The translations under genes were made by a program, and so were the position numbers. DNA of 64,000 bases. It comes from Anaerolineae bacterium (GTDB taxonomy: Bacteria > Chloroflexota > Anaerolineae > Aggregatilineales > Phototrophicaceae). This document shows, in pieces, positions 1 to 9,323 of this stretch (positions are counted from its first letter, which is position 1; every line of letters starts with the position of its first letter). The notes under the pieces were generated by a model. That model was given only the letters and a program-made list of their open reading frames with translations. It was not told the DNA's origin and searched no databases. The stretch is taken from NCBI GenBank assembly GCA_041390885.1, contig JAWKPB010000018.1:115165-179164 (forward strand). Direction: 5' to 3'.

Positions 1-60
1 CGTTGGGGTTGAAGACACACGAGACACCGTCCAGCGATTCTCAGTCATCTTTGGATTGAA

Positions 61-714
61 ATGATGAACGAAGGCAATGACCTCAACCGGGTGCTGCAGT
101 TAGAAGGCAATATACACCTCACCCCCAGACGGCAGGTGAAGTTTGCCCAGCAGACTGCAGGCACACTGGTGCTGCCGAGCGGTGCGATTGTAGCCTGTGA
201 CCCAACGACGGGTGGCTTACCCTTCACCCGGCAGGTCCAGCCCGGACGCTACCCGGTAGTACTGACTTTGACGACCGAACGCAATGATATACGCGTAGCA
301 CTGGCACGGCTGGTACTGGCTGATGAACCACCCAAACGTTGGGAACTGGCGACATGGCCGGAACAAAAGCGCGGCTGGTTCAACCGCCGCCAACCCACCA
401 GTTACAGTGTAGACAGCGCCATGGGCTGCTTCATGGATGCTCAGTCCGAGAATATTTTGCGCCACTATAGTGGATTAAAGCGCCCGGAATTCTTGAGCTC
501 GGCACTGCAATTGGACGAGAGCATGGGCGAAACCTGCAACTGGGGCGAGGCCGTGCTCGACGCGCGAACGGGCGCCAATGTCATGGTCTTTTCGGCAGGT
601 CGCGGCGACGGCTACTATTCATCGTACTGGGGATTTTCGGCTCAAAACACACTGGTGGCGCTGGTCACGGACTTTGGCATGTATGACTTCGAGAGACATG
701 ATGACAAATTTTGA
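61..714 (+). CDS. DUF4241-family protein
   Basis: Motifs LPSGAIVACDP, PGRYPVVL, YSVDSAMGCFMD and FSAGRGDGYYSSYWG...LVTDF are typical of DUF4241. Confidence 0.8.
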   Translation: MMNEGNDLNRVLQLEGNIHLTPRRQVKFAQQTAGTLVLPSGAIVACDPTTGGLPFTRQVQPGRYPVVLTLTTERNDIRVALARLVLADEPPKRWELATWPEQKRGWFNRRQPTSYSVDSAMGCFMDAQSENILRHYSGLKRPEFLSSALQLDESMGETCNWGEAVLDARTGANVMVFSAGRGDGYYSSYWGFSAQNTLVALVTDFGMYDFERHDDKF

Positions 715-1621
715 TCGCATCGAGCGTTTAATTGGTTCTGATAATCTAGGGCGGCTGAAACAAATGCGCGTCGGTGTAGTTGGACTGGGCAGCGGCGGCG
801 GCTTTGTCGCGCTCAGTCTGGCGATGAGCGGTGTGGGCAAATTTGTGCTGGTGGATGATGACGTTCTGGAAGCCAACAATGTGGTACGCCATGTGGCAGA
901 TGGTCGTTATGTGGGGCGGCCCAAAGCGGAAGTGGTCGCCGAGCTAATAAAGGCGCGCAACCCGCAGGCCGAAGTTGATGTGCGTGTTGGTCGCATCGAG
1001 CAGAACATGGACGTACTGGAAAATCTCAATATTCTGGTTTGCGGTGTGGACGGCGAAGGACCCAAATACGTTCTCAACCAGGCCTGTTTACAACGCAACC
1101 TGACGGCTATTTACGCGGGCGTTTACGAGCGCGGCGACGGTGGTGATGTGGTGGTTATCCGCCCCTACAACGGTCCCTGTTATGCGTGTTGGGCAGCGGA
1201 ACTGCGGGAAGGTTTGGCACTTTCGGCTATAGCCCCCGGCGAGGAATTGGATTATGGTATGATTGGACCAGATGGCACATTGGAGGCTGAGCCGGGTTTG
1301 TGGCTGCATGTAGCACGGGTAGCTTCGGCACAGGCTGACCTAACACTAAACGAATTACTAAGCGGCACCAACGCCTATAAGAAAATGCCCGCTAACACCG
1401 TTATTATGGCGAATACAGCACTTGAAATCTTAGCCGGGCAAATCAGCCAGCCTTATACCGCCGAATGGGTGAATATTGACCGTGACCCGCACTGTCTGGT
1501 GTGTGGTGACGCTTTACGGAATGACTTAAGCAGTGAACAGCAACCAGAACTTTCGTTAAGTGACTTGATGAACGAAGCTGGACTTTCGCTACTAGAAGAT
1601 GGTGAGGACAATTCAAAATGA
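698..1621 (+). CDS. ThiF/MoeB/E1-like adenylyltransferase
   Basis: VGVVGLGSGG nucleotide-binding loop, DDDVLEANNVVRH, GRPKAE, Zn-binding CYAC and CLVC pairs; start ATG 698/701 overlaps the upstream gene. Confidence 0.9.
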   Translation: MMTNFDRIERLIGSDNLGRLKQMRVGVVGLGSGGGFVALSLAMSGVGKFVLVDDDVLEANNVVRHVADGRYVGRPKAEVVAELIKARNPQAEVDVRVGRIEQNMDVLENLNILVCGVDGEGPKYVLNQACLQRNLTAIYAGVYERGDGGDVVVIRPYNGPCYACWAAELREGLALSAIAPGEELDYGMIGPDGTLEAEPGLWLHVARVASAQADLTLNELLSGTNAYKKMPANTVIMANTALEILAGQISQPYTAEWVNIDRDPHCLVCGDALRNDLSSEQQPELSLSDLMNEAGLSLLEDGEDNSK

Positions 1622-1965
1622 CTGAACTTCCCAACAACACACCGAGTGATGAACAACCCACAGGGAATAATGTGGAGACCGACACACCAAACAATACACC
1701 AGAGAAGGGTACGAATCCGGTGACACCAGCCGCTGCGAACGCAGCAACTCCGCCCGGTCTGCCTGAAGACAACGCCGCAATGGAAGAACGACTGGAACGG
1801 CTGGGTGGCGAACCCGCGCCCGCGATCACCCCGGAAGAATTCGCCCGGCTGCAAAAGGCCGGACAGGTGCATATTGACGCGCGTGGTCGGGTGAAGACCG
1901 CACGGCGCAGCGACGCAGAAGCCGGTGTTTCCCTGCGGAAACGGCGGGCATGGTATGGCGGATAA
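1618..1965 (+). CDS. Small disordered protein ending in di-glycine (candidate ThiF substrate or precursor peptide)
   Basis: ATGA overlap with ThiF stop, GAGG RBS, P/T/N/E-rich N-terminus, basic C-terminus SLRKRRAWYGG*. Confidence 0.75.
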   Translation: MTELPNNTPSDEQPTGNNVETDTPNNTPEKGTNPVTPAAANAATPPGLPEDNAAMEERLERLGGEPAPAITPEEFARLQKAGQVHIDARGRVKTARRSDAEAGVSLRKRRAWYGG

Positions 1966-3145
1966 GGCGTACCTAGAGTATCAGAAGACACTGATCGCCC
2001 AGCTTAAGCAGCAAGATGGACTGCTAGACAAAACGCTCGAAGCGGCGTTTATGGCCGTGCCGCGCCATGTGTTCTTGCCCAAAGAACCGCTAGAGCGAGC
2101 GTATAGCGACGATGCTATCGCTATTAAGCAGGATACTGATGGCACAGTACTGAGCTCATCCAGCCAACCTAGCATGATGGCCTTAATGCTGCGCCAACTG
2201 CGCCTGCGGAAGGGTGACAATGTGCTAGAAATTGGGGCTGGTACGGGCTACAACGCCGCTATCATGCAGTACATCGTCGGTGAGCGGGGCAACATTACTT
2301 CAATCGAGCTTGATCCGCAGCTTGCCCAGCAGGCAGTCGCCAATTTGCAAAAAGTGAGTTTGGGCGCAGTCGTGGATATTGTCAATGCCGACGGGGCGCA
2401 GGGCTACGCACCACGAGCTTCATATGACCGCATCATCGCGACGGCGGCCCTGTGGGATGTGCCAACCGCATGGGTACGACAATTGAAAGACGATGGCATT
2501 TTGGTGGCGCCTATCTGGGTAGAAAGTATGCAGGTTAGCGCGGCTTTTGTACTACAGCCTGACGGTTCGCTCTACAGCCGTCACAATTTGCCGTGTGGCT
2601 TCATCCCGCTGCGGGGTATGGCGGCAGGTCCTAACCTGATACGGCATGTCGTTGGTTCAACGCTAACGTTGTCCTCTATTTATGCCAAGCAGATTGACGG
2701 CGCGGCCTTAAACACCCTGCTTTCGGACGATGCCGAGATCAATAACTTGAGTGTATCACTGACCAGCGGCGAGTTCTGGCGGGGCTTCCTCCCTTACCTG
2801 ACACTCAACACACCCGATGGCTATCAGTTCTTCATGTACAGCGTCACCGAAGGACAAAACGATTACGGTCTGGAAGATAGCGGATTCGGCCTGCTGTCGC
2901 GCGGCAGCGCCTGTTTTGTGCGTTACGGAGGTAAAGGACTCGCCCAGTGTTTCGGCAGCGCCGATGCCTTTTTAGCGATGGATGAAACATTACGCGCGTG
3001 GGATAAAGCCAAACAGCCCAACGCAGACCGCCTGCGTCTGCAACTGCTACCCAAAGGCACAGGTGACGCAGTGGCTATAGAACGCCCGAACGCCAAAATT
3101 TATAGACGCCAATTCAACGACTTGCTGGCGTGGCTTGAGGTTTAG
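1955..3145 (+). CDS. Protein-L-isoaspartate O-methyltransferase-like SAM methyltransferase with long C-terminal extension (FxLD/RiPP-associated type)
   Basis: AVPRHVF, AYSD, SSSSQPSMMALML, VLEIGAGTGYNAA and YDRIIAT motifs; about 397 aa versus about 210 for housekeeping Pcm. Confidence 0.85.
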   Translation: MADKAYLEYQKTLIAQLKQQDGLLDKTLEAAFMAVPRHVFLPKEPLERAYSDDAIAIKQDTDGTVLSSSSQPSMMALMLRQLRLRKGDNVLEIGAGTGYNAAIMQYIVGERGNITSIELDPQLAQQAVANLQKVSLGAVVDIVNADGAQGYAPRASYDRIIATAALWDVPTAWVRQLKDDGILVAPIWVESMQVSAAFVLQPDGSLYSRHNLPCGFIPLRGMAAGPNLIRHVVGSTLTLSSIYAKQIDGAALNTLLSDDAEINNLSVSLTSGEFWRGFLPYLTLNTPDGYQFFMYSVTEGQNDYGLEDSGFGLLSRGSACFVRYGGKGLAQCFGSADAFLAMDETLRAWDKAKQPNADRLRLQLLPKGTGDAVAIERPNAKIYRRQFNDLLAWLEV

Positions 3146-3259
3146 TTGAGAGCTATCACTAGTCAGCTTTCAGTTTTTTCTGAGGCACATTCATTTTGAT
3201 TACTTGGAATGCCGCGGAGCGCCATATCCATATTTCTTATTGCACATATATCAAAACAA

Positions 3260-3285
3260 AAACAGTGGGTTTAAGCCCACTGTTT
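3260..3285. terminator. Bidirectional hairpin between convergent genes
   Basis: AAACAGTGGG-TTTAAG-CCCACTGTTT perfect stem. Confidence 0.6.
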
Positions 3286-3318
3286 AATTTCGTCAACCGT
3301 GCAATTTCTGTGCTGTTA

Positions 3319-4317
3319 TTACTTCGCCAGGAAAGCGGCAGTTTCAGCTAAACGGGTCGAGTAACCCCATTCGTTGTCGTACCACGCAGCTACTGAAACC
3401 AGTGTATCGCCCATGACCTGTGTCAGTGGGAGATCAATGATGGACGAGTGCGAGTCACCCACGATGCGGGCAGACGACCATTCTCCTGTCAATACATCCA
3501 TGATTCCCTTCAGGGGTGCACTGGAAGCGGCCTTCTTAAAGGCAGCATTGATGTCGTCGGCAGTAGCCGATTTATTAAGCACAGCAGTGATTTCGGCAAT
3601 GCTGCCGGTGCGGGTTGGCACGCGGTACGCTTTACCGGTCATGTTCAAACCCTTGTAAATATAACCCAGCGCCTTGGCAGCGCCCGAAGACGATGGAATG
3701 ATGTTTTCGGCGGCCGCCCACGAGTCACGGCGGTCCTTCATCGGTTGGTCAGTCAATGACTGAGTGTTGGTGTAGGCGTGAACGGTAGAGAAGAACGCCG
3801 ATTGAATGCCCCAGTTTTCGAGTAGAACCTTGACGACTGGCGCGAGGGCGTTAGTGGTGCAACTCGCCATGCTGATAATCTTGTGCTTGTCAGCATCATA
3901 CGTGTCGAGATTGATGCCGGGCAGCAAGAACGCGTCACAGTCCGCAGCAGATTTGCTGGGGCCGCTGACCAGCACGCGGTTAGCGCCTCTGTCGAGGTGC
4001 GCCTGTGCGTTGGCGCGGACGGTTGCACGACCGGTGCAGTCTACGACCAGATCAACACCCAACTTCTTCCAGTCGGGAACTTCTTTGCTGGAGTCAAAGT
4101 ACAGGACTTCGCGTCCGCCGATGTTAAAGCCGTTGTCTTTGGCTTCCACTTTTTCGTGCCAGCGCCCGTAGTTAGAGTCCACCTCAAACAGGGCGGCGAG
4201 GGTGGGAATATCCCGAATGTCGGAAACTGAAACGGGCGAGAACAAATTGTTCTTGAGCGCAATCCGCATCGTGGAGCGCCCGATACGCCCGAAACCATGA
4301 ATAGCTATCTTACCCAT
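3319..4317 (-). CDS. gap: Type I glyceraldehyde-3-phosphate dehydrogenase
   Basis: GFGRIGR, ASCTTNALAP, NIIPSSSGAAKA, AWYDNEWGYS. Confidence 0.95.
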   Translation of the reverse strand: MGKIAIHGFGRIGRSTMRIALKNNLFSPVSVSDIRDIPTLAALFEVDSNYGRWHEKVEAKDNGFNIGGREVLYFDSSKEVPDWKKLGVDLVVDCTGRATVRANAQAHLDRGANRVLVSGPSKSAADCDAFLLPGINLDTYDADKHKIISMASCTTNALAPVVKVLLENWGIQSAFFSTVHAYTNTQSLTDQPMKDRRDSWAAAENIIPSSSGAAKALGYIYKGLNMTGKAYRVPTRTGSIAEITAVLNKSATADDINAAFKKAASSAPLKGIMDVLTGEWSSARIVGDSHSSIIDLPLTQVMGDTLVSVAAWYDNEWGYSTRLAETAAFLAK

Positions 4318-4489
4318 TGATATCTCCTTAGATGTGTTGCTTCAACATACCCATTGAGAATAACACTTTTGGCGTGGCATTGGTACGGACAAATGTATTA
4401 ACTTTTATGGATATATTGCCGAAGTTCCTCGTTCAAGAAACTATCTTGCGTGATAGAAAATCAGCGCGCTCTATAGTCTCTTCAAAGTG

Positions 4490-5443
4490 TCAGATTGTTA
4501 CAACCTTGTGTTCGATTAGCCATTGCAGCGCTTCGTACACAGCCTGCAGGGAACTATAACGTGGCTGATAATCAATAAGCTGCTGTGCTTTGGCGATACT
4601 GGCGTTGGGGCTGTGGGCGATATGATCCCATGTAGATGCCGCATCCGCTTCGGAAACAGTTCCTTTCCATGTTTCCCACGGCAAAAACTGGAGATTGGCT
4701 TCCTTGCCGAACCACGAGGCCACCGCTTCGGCATAACCGCGCAGCGTGATTGCGGCTGGCGACACCACATGGAAATTTTCACCCACGCTGGCGCTGCGCC
4801 GGAGCATGGCTTTCAAGAATGATTGAGCCACATCGGCAGCGTGAACATGATGCACGGTTTCCAAACCAAAGTTCGCCAGCGCCAACTCCTCGCCATGTGC
4901 CAGCTTTTCAAATACCACGGGGTTGAAATTGCCCGCCGGATTGAGTGGTTTGTAACCCGGCCCCACAATGTGCCCCGGATGCAGCATAGTAGCCGGGAAG
5001 TTATTGAGGCGTGCTTCTTGCAAGAGATACTTTTCGATAGAGGCTTTCTGAATGCCGTAACTGCCGAAGGGGTGCCGTGGTTGGTCTTCGGTGGCCGGAA
5101 CCTGTATGCTGTGTCCGTAAATCCAGACCGTGCCGCAGTGCAAGAAGTGTTGAATCTTCCCCCGCAGGGCTTCCACAATTTGACGTGCACTGTCCTCCGA
5201 GAAGCAGATCAGATCAATCACGACATCAGGACGTAGTTCGACAATGCGCTGACCGAACGTCCCCGCGCGGTCTTCCGCTTCACGGTCGAGCGTCACCTGT
5301 TTCACAGCACCCCACGCCGCGTGTGGCAGGTAGGGCTGGCTTTGACCGCGGGTGATATTGATGACTTCATGCTCCCGCTCCACTAGCATCGGAATCAAAT
5401 ACGTGCCTATGTGCCCAGCGCCACCAATGACTACAACCCGCAT
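4490..5443 (-). CDS. NAD-dependent epimerase/dehydratase
   Basis: GGAGHIG and YGIQK (YxxxK). Confidence 0.85.
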   Translation of the reverse strand: MRVVVIGGAGHIGTYLIPMLVEREHEVINITRGQSQPYLPHAAWGAVKQVTLDREAEDRAGTFGQRIVELRPDVVIDLICFSEDSARQIVEALRGKIQHFLHCGTVWIYGHSIQVPATEDQPRHPFGSYGIQKASIEKYLLQEARLNNFPATMLHPGHIVGPGYKPLNPAGNFNPVVFEKLAHGEELALANFGLETVHHVHAADVAQSFLKAMLRRSASVGENFHVVSPAAITLRGYAEAVASWFGKEANLQFLPWETWKGTVSEADAASTWDHIAHSPNASIAKAQQLIDYQPRYSSLQAVYEALQWLIEHKVVTI

Positions 5444-5698
5444 AGCTGCTCCTTTTATGCCGAGGGTTCAGCCCTCACACACCATTTCAGTTCGGATTTC
5501 AGTGAGCTAATAGATTAACGTGGAGTGATAGATCGTACCAGTAATTAATGTGGTCATCGGAACTACTCCGCTTTAGACTTGATCTCAAACACCTTTACAA
5601 TATTATTCACACTATAATCGTTATATCCTTATGTTAGGGATTCCTAGACAATCTGGCCTAATTGATACTTGATGAGCGCAGACTACACCACCGGAACC

Positions 5699-6313
5699 AT
5701 GATTACGCTTGACATGCTGACACGCGCTGTGCGCCTACCCAACTTTGATTTGGACAGCGCATGGCACGGGTTGATGCCCGTACGCCGCCCGGAACCACCG
5801 CCGGGTGTCCTGCCGCGGCAGGCGGGGGTGCTGGTACTCACCTATCCCGAAACAGACGGGCTGCACGTGGTGTTGACGCGCCGTACCGAAACACTGAAAT
5901 CACACAGCGGGCAGATCAGCTTCCCCGGTGGGCGGCGCGGGCCGGAGGATGACTCATTCACCGCGACAGCCCTGCGCGAAACGTGCGAGGAATTGGGCAT
6001 TTGCGAACCTGTGGAAATTATCGGGATGCTTTCAACACTGTACATCCCACCCAGCAATTTTCAAGTACACCCCATCGTAGCCACCGTGCCTGTGCGTCCC
6101 ACTTACATCCCCAACCCCGACGAGGTGGCGGAAGTCTTTACCATGCCGCTGTATTATTTATTGGATGCAGAGGTCAAAGAAACCGAGGAACGGGAGTTCA
6201 ATGGCAAGCCGCTGCCTGTCACCTATTACCGCGTAAACGGGCACAAGGTGTGGGGGGCGACGGCTTTTATGCTGAGCGAGCTGGAACACCGGCTGCGGCA
6301 GGTGTTGGGGTAA
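5699..6313 (+). CDS. Nudix CoA pyrophosphatase (NudL-like)
   Basis: LTRR..HSGQISFPGG..ALRETCEELG Nudix box, NPDEV, VWGATA; start uncertain (5669-5714). Confidence 0.9.
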   Translation: MITLDMLTRAVRLPNFDLDSAWHGLMPVRRPEPPPGVLPRQAGVLVLTYPETDGLHVVLTRRTETLKSHSGQISFPGGRRGPEDDSFTATALRETCEELGICEPVEIIGMLSTLYIPPSNFQVHPIVATVPVRPTYIPNPDEVAEVFTMPLYYLLDAEVKETEEREFNGKPLPVTYYRVNGHKVWGATAFMLSELEHRLRQVLG

Positions 6314-7459
6314 CTAGTCCAGTGCGCGGCGGATGTTGACCCGTACGGCATTCTTGATGGGTTGTTCAGCTACGAATATGACATAACCACCCCCGCCCGC
6401 GCCGGACAATTTCCAGCCTAGCGCTTGATCTTTATATCGATCAATCACCTCAAACACATCCACATTGACCATGTGCGGGAACATGGCGATTTGCGCTTCA
6501 AAGGCTTCGCGGAAGGTGCGCCCGAAATCGCGAATGTCGTGGCGCAGGATGGCGTCCCAGCAACCATTGGCCGCGTTCGCCAGCGCCTTCGCTCCCGCAG
6601 GCGTGATGTTGCGCTCATCCAGCGGGTTGTAACCGTCATGGCGCGGGCCAAGTGGGACGAGGTACAACGCCCGCTCAATGAATTGCAGCGCGAGTTCATC
6701 ACCCACCGTCTCGATCTTTGTCGGCCAGTATTTGCCTTCATAATCAGCTTTGTTGAGGCCGGGCATGACGATACCGATGGCGTCCTGCGAACCGGACACA
6801 TGCACGGTACCGGGCGGGTTATCGTAGCAAAACAGGATATAGGCCAGCTTTTGGGGGTCGCCGGGCGGCAGCTTCGGCCCCCACAGCTCCAGCGCGTGGT
6901 TGCGCGTGCTGGTCGCCATGCCGCTGCGTTCATTGAAAGCGATGGTTGGCTCCAATGAGATGGTCAGCACCGGGCCGGGGTACTCCTGCGAGACATAAGG
7001 CTGATCCAGCCAACCACCCGCCACATCAATGCGGTACGGCATCTGGTCAACGCGGCGCAAACTGGTGGTGGAACGGGCGGGTAGGTCGGCGTGCGGCTGG
7101 CGTTCCAGCACCACATACTCGATGCCCAACTCGCGGCACAGAGCTTCTTTCTGCGGAATGTTACCATCCGCATTCACCACGAACAGATCAGGCTTCATCT
7201 CGCGCAGTTCATGTTCAAAGTCCAGCATGCCAGAGCCGCGGGAGACAAAAGCCCCTTTGACTCCGTTGACCGACTGTACCATGTAGAGGCGTTCCTGTTC
7301 GGTGTTGACGGGCAGACGGCCCTTGAGGTCGTACACCGTCTTGTCAGAACCGAGTGCGACGTACAGATCACCATAGGTGGCAGCGGCTTGGAAGAAAGCC
7401 ACATGCCCGCTGTGCAGCATATCGAAACATCCGCTCACAAAAACTTTTTTTGAAGTCAT
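6314..7459 (-). CDS. Cytidylyl/adenylyltransferase fused to a GHMP-kinase-like domain
   Basis: N-terminal GCFDMLHSGH (HxGH); C-terminal PYRIDVAGGWLD, SGMATS and KLSGAGGGG. Confidence 0.85.
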   Translation of the reverse strand: MTSKKVFVSGCFDMLHSGHVAFFQAAATYGDLYVALGSDKTVYDLKGRLPVNTEQERLYMVQSVNGVKGAFVSRGSGMLDFEHELREMKPDLFVVNADGNIPQKEALCRELGIEYVVLERQPHADLPARSTTSLRRVDQMPYRIDVAGGWLDQPYVSQEYPGPVLTISLEPTIAFNERSGMATSTRNHALELWGPKLPPGDPQKLAYILFCYDNPPGTVHVSGSQDAIGIVMPGLNKADYEGKYWPTKIETVGDELALQFIERALYLVPLGPRHDGYNPLDERNITPAGAKALANAANGCWDAILRHDIRDFGRTFREAFEAQIAMFPHMVNVDVFEVIDRYKDQALGWKLSGAGGGGYVIFVAEQPIKNAVRVNIRRALD

Positions 7460-7462
7460 GAA

Positions 7463-7834
7463 TTATTTCTCTGGTAGATTAATAAAGTTGGCAATCACCT
7501 CAATCAAGCCAACAATATTTTGGTTAAATTGTGTCAAATCTTCAGCTGGAATCCAATACTCTTGGTGGCTGGCATTGCCGACCGTATGTACCTCATAGCT
7601 GCTGAGATAGTCAGCGTGTACCGCAAAGCGGGTTACATAACCTCTAAAGCCAGAAGCAGCATCCTTCGTGTTCCAGTCACGGGCAATCTGTACGGCGTAG
7701 GCTTCGTTCAAAACGGGATAGAAAATAGACTGGGTGGCGAGGCGTGGGGGAAATTCACGAAACCCGCTATCGCGGATGAGTTCATATTCCTTCTGACCAA
7801 CAGGGCGATACAGTGTAATGGTTTCAATTGACAT
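7463..7834 (-). CDS. Conserved hypothetical protein (often annotated ADP-ribosylation/crystallin J1-like)
   Basis: LYRPVG..E..FPPRL..IFYPVLN..YA..IARDWN..HQEYWIPAE family motif. Confidence 0.7.
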   Translation of the reverse strand: MSIETITLYRPVGQKEYELIRDSGFREFPPRLATQSIFYPVLNEAYAVQIARDWNTKDAASGFRGYVTRFAVHADYLSSYEVHTVGNASHQEYWIPAEDLTQFNQNIVGLIEVIANFINLPEK

Positions 7835-7836
7835 GA

Positions 7837-8388
7837 TTAGGGAAACAGGGCGCTAACTTCAACAGAGATGCCATCCAGCACGTCCGAAACAAAACTTTTG
7901 CCCGTTTCAAATACGCCTACACGGTCAAACGAGCCATTCTTGTGCTGGTAGAGTTCAACGTAACGTGCTTCAACATTCACCATCCAGTATTCGCGTACTC
8001 CGTGTTTCTCGTAGATGTCAAATTTTACGCCACGATCTCTCGATTCGGTTGAAGGAGACAGAATTTCGACGATCAAATCCGGCGCACCCTGCCAATAGCG
8101 TGTATCCGTCCTCAAAAAACAATGATCGTTCTCGGGACTGACCCAAAATATATCGGGATCAAAGCTATTATCATCATCGAAATAAATACCAGTGGGCGCT
8201 AATCGTAATTTACCCTTTTTTTGTACGATTGATGAAAGAAATAGGTAGATAACTCCAAGCAACTCTTGATGCAAATCAAGTGATGGGTTCATAACGATTT
8301 CTCCATCAATGAGTTCGACGATCTGGTTTGTCTCCGGCAGCGCCTGGTAATCTGCAAAAGTTGCTCTGGTCTTGATCATCTCGGCCAT
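7837..8388 (-). CDS. Uma2 family endonuclease
   Basis: ELIDGEI, PDIF, GAPDLIVEILSPST..D...K...Y...GVREYW. Confidence 0.9.
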   Translation of the reverse strand: MAEMIKTRATFADYQALPETNQIVELIDGEIVMNPSLDLHQELLGVIYLFLSSIVQKKGKLRLAPTGIYFDDDNSFDPDIFWVSPENDHCFLRTDTRYWQGAPDLIVEILSPSTESRDRGVKFDIYEKHGVREYWMVNVEARYVELYQHKNGSFDRVGVFETGKSFVSDVLDGISVEVSALFP

Positions 8389-8402
8389 GTGTCCACCTCT
8401 CA

Positions 8403-8870
8403 TCACATCTGCCTGCTTTCCATCATATCACTACTGTCCAGTATGATCGTCACCGGCCCGTCGTTGTGAATAGCAACCTGCATCATCGCGCCGAAGATAC
8501 CGTTCTCCACCTGCTGCACACCTTCCGCCCGCAGCCGCTGCGCGTAATACTCCACCAACGGAGCAGCTTGTTCCGGGCGGGCGGCGTCGGTGAAACTGGG
8601 ACGGCGACCCTTGCGCGAGTCAGCATATAGCGTGAACTGTGATACCACCAACACCCCGCCGCCCACCTCAAGTACGGAGAGGTTCATCTTGCCCTGTTCG
8701 TCCTCAAACACACGCAGGTTAGCCGTTTTGCGGGCGAGCATATCCGCTTCTGCTTGAGTATCGCTGTGCGTGACGCCCACCAGCGCCACAAAGCCCTGTT
8801 CGATTGCGCCCGCAATGTGCCCGTCAACCGTTACGCTGCCTTGGGAAACCCTCTGGAGGATGATACGCAT
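8403..8870 (-). CDS. dtd: D-aminoacyl-tRNA deacylase
   Basis: [25 protein letters not shown]. Confidence 0.95.
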   Translation of the reverse strand: MRIILQRVSQGSVTVDGHIAGAIEQGFVALVGVTHSDTQAEADMLARKTANLRVFEDEQGKMNLSVLEVGGGVLVVSQFTLYADSRKGRRPSFTDAARPEQAAPLVEYYAQRLRAEGVQQVENGIFGAMMQVAIHNDGPVTIILDSSDMMESRQM

Positions 8871-9129
8871 GTAAACCCTATGTTATACGTCTGATAATGG
8901 CTCCAGTTTACCAGATTATCTCACTCTAGCCCCGTGTTCAGGCAGCGAGTCTTCAGACTGTATAAATGATGTATTGAGCGAGCCATAAGGGTACTCATGG
9001 TACATTTACCAGCCATCTGATTTGTGATATTCTGACTGTCAAATAGTGATACTCGTCAGTGGTTTTTTCCGTCCGCTATCGCCTACTCTGGAGAGAGGGG
9101 CAAGAGTGTGTGGAGGTACGAGTAGAGCC

Positions 9130-9297
9130 ATGAATACCCGCATGCATCATCACGGGGAAGAAGCGTGGCTGGCTGGTATGGCGGCGCTGGTGGTTTTATT
9201 TTCCGCTATGCTCGAAGCCCACATTTCGGCAGTATTATCATTTTCGCTCATTATCGTTTTTGCAGCTTACAAATTCATCCAATCCCGTCATCAATAA
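9130..9297 (+). CDS. Small two-helix membrane protein
   Basis: GGAGG upstream; 55 aa with two hydrophobic segments. Confidence 0.5.
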   Translation: MNTRMHHHGEEAWLAGMAALVVLFSAMLEAHISAVLSFSLIIVFAAYKFIQSRHQ

Positions 9298-9323
9298 ATT
9301 GAGTGCCATAAAGGGAGTCACCA

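Noticed and set aside
1618-1965. Pup/UBact or ThiS/MoaD assignment for the GG-ending protein
   Set aside because: Pup and UBact end in GG(E/Q) and go with PafA/proteasome genes, none of which are here; the sequence has no beta-grasp pattern.
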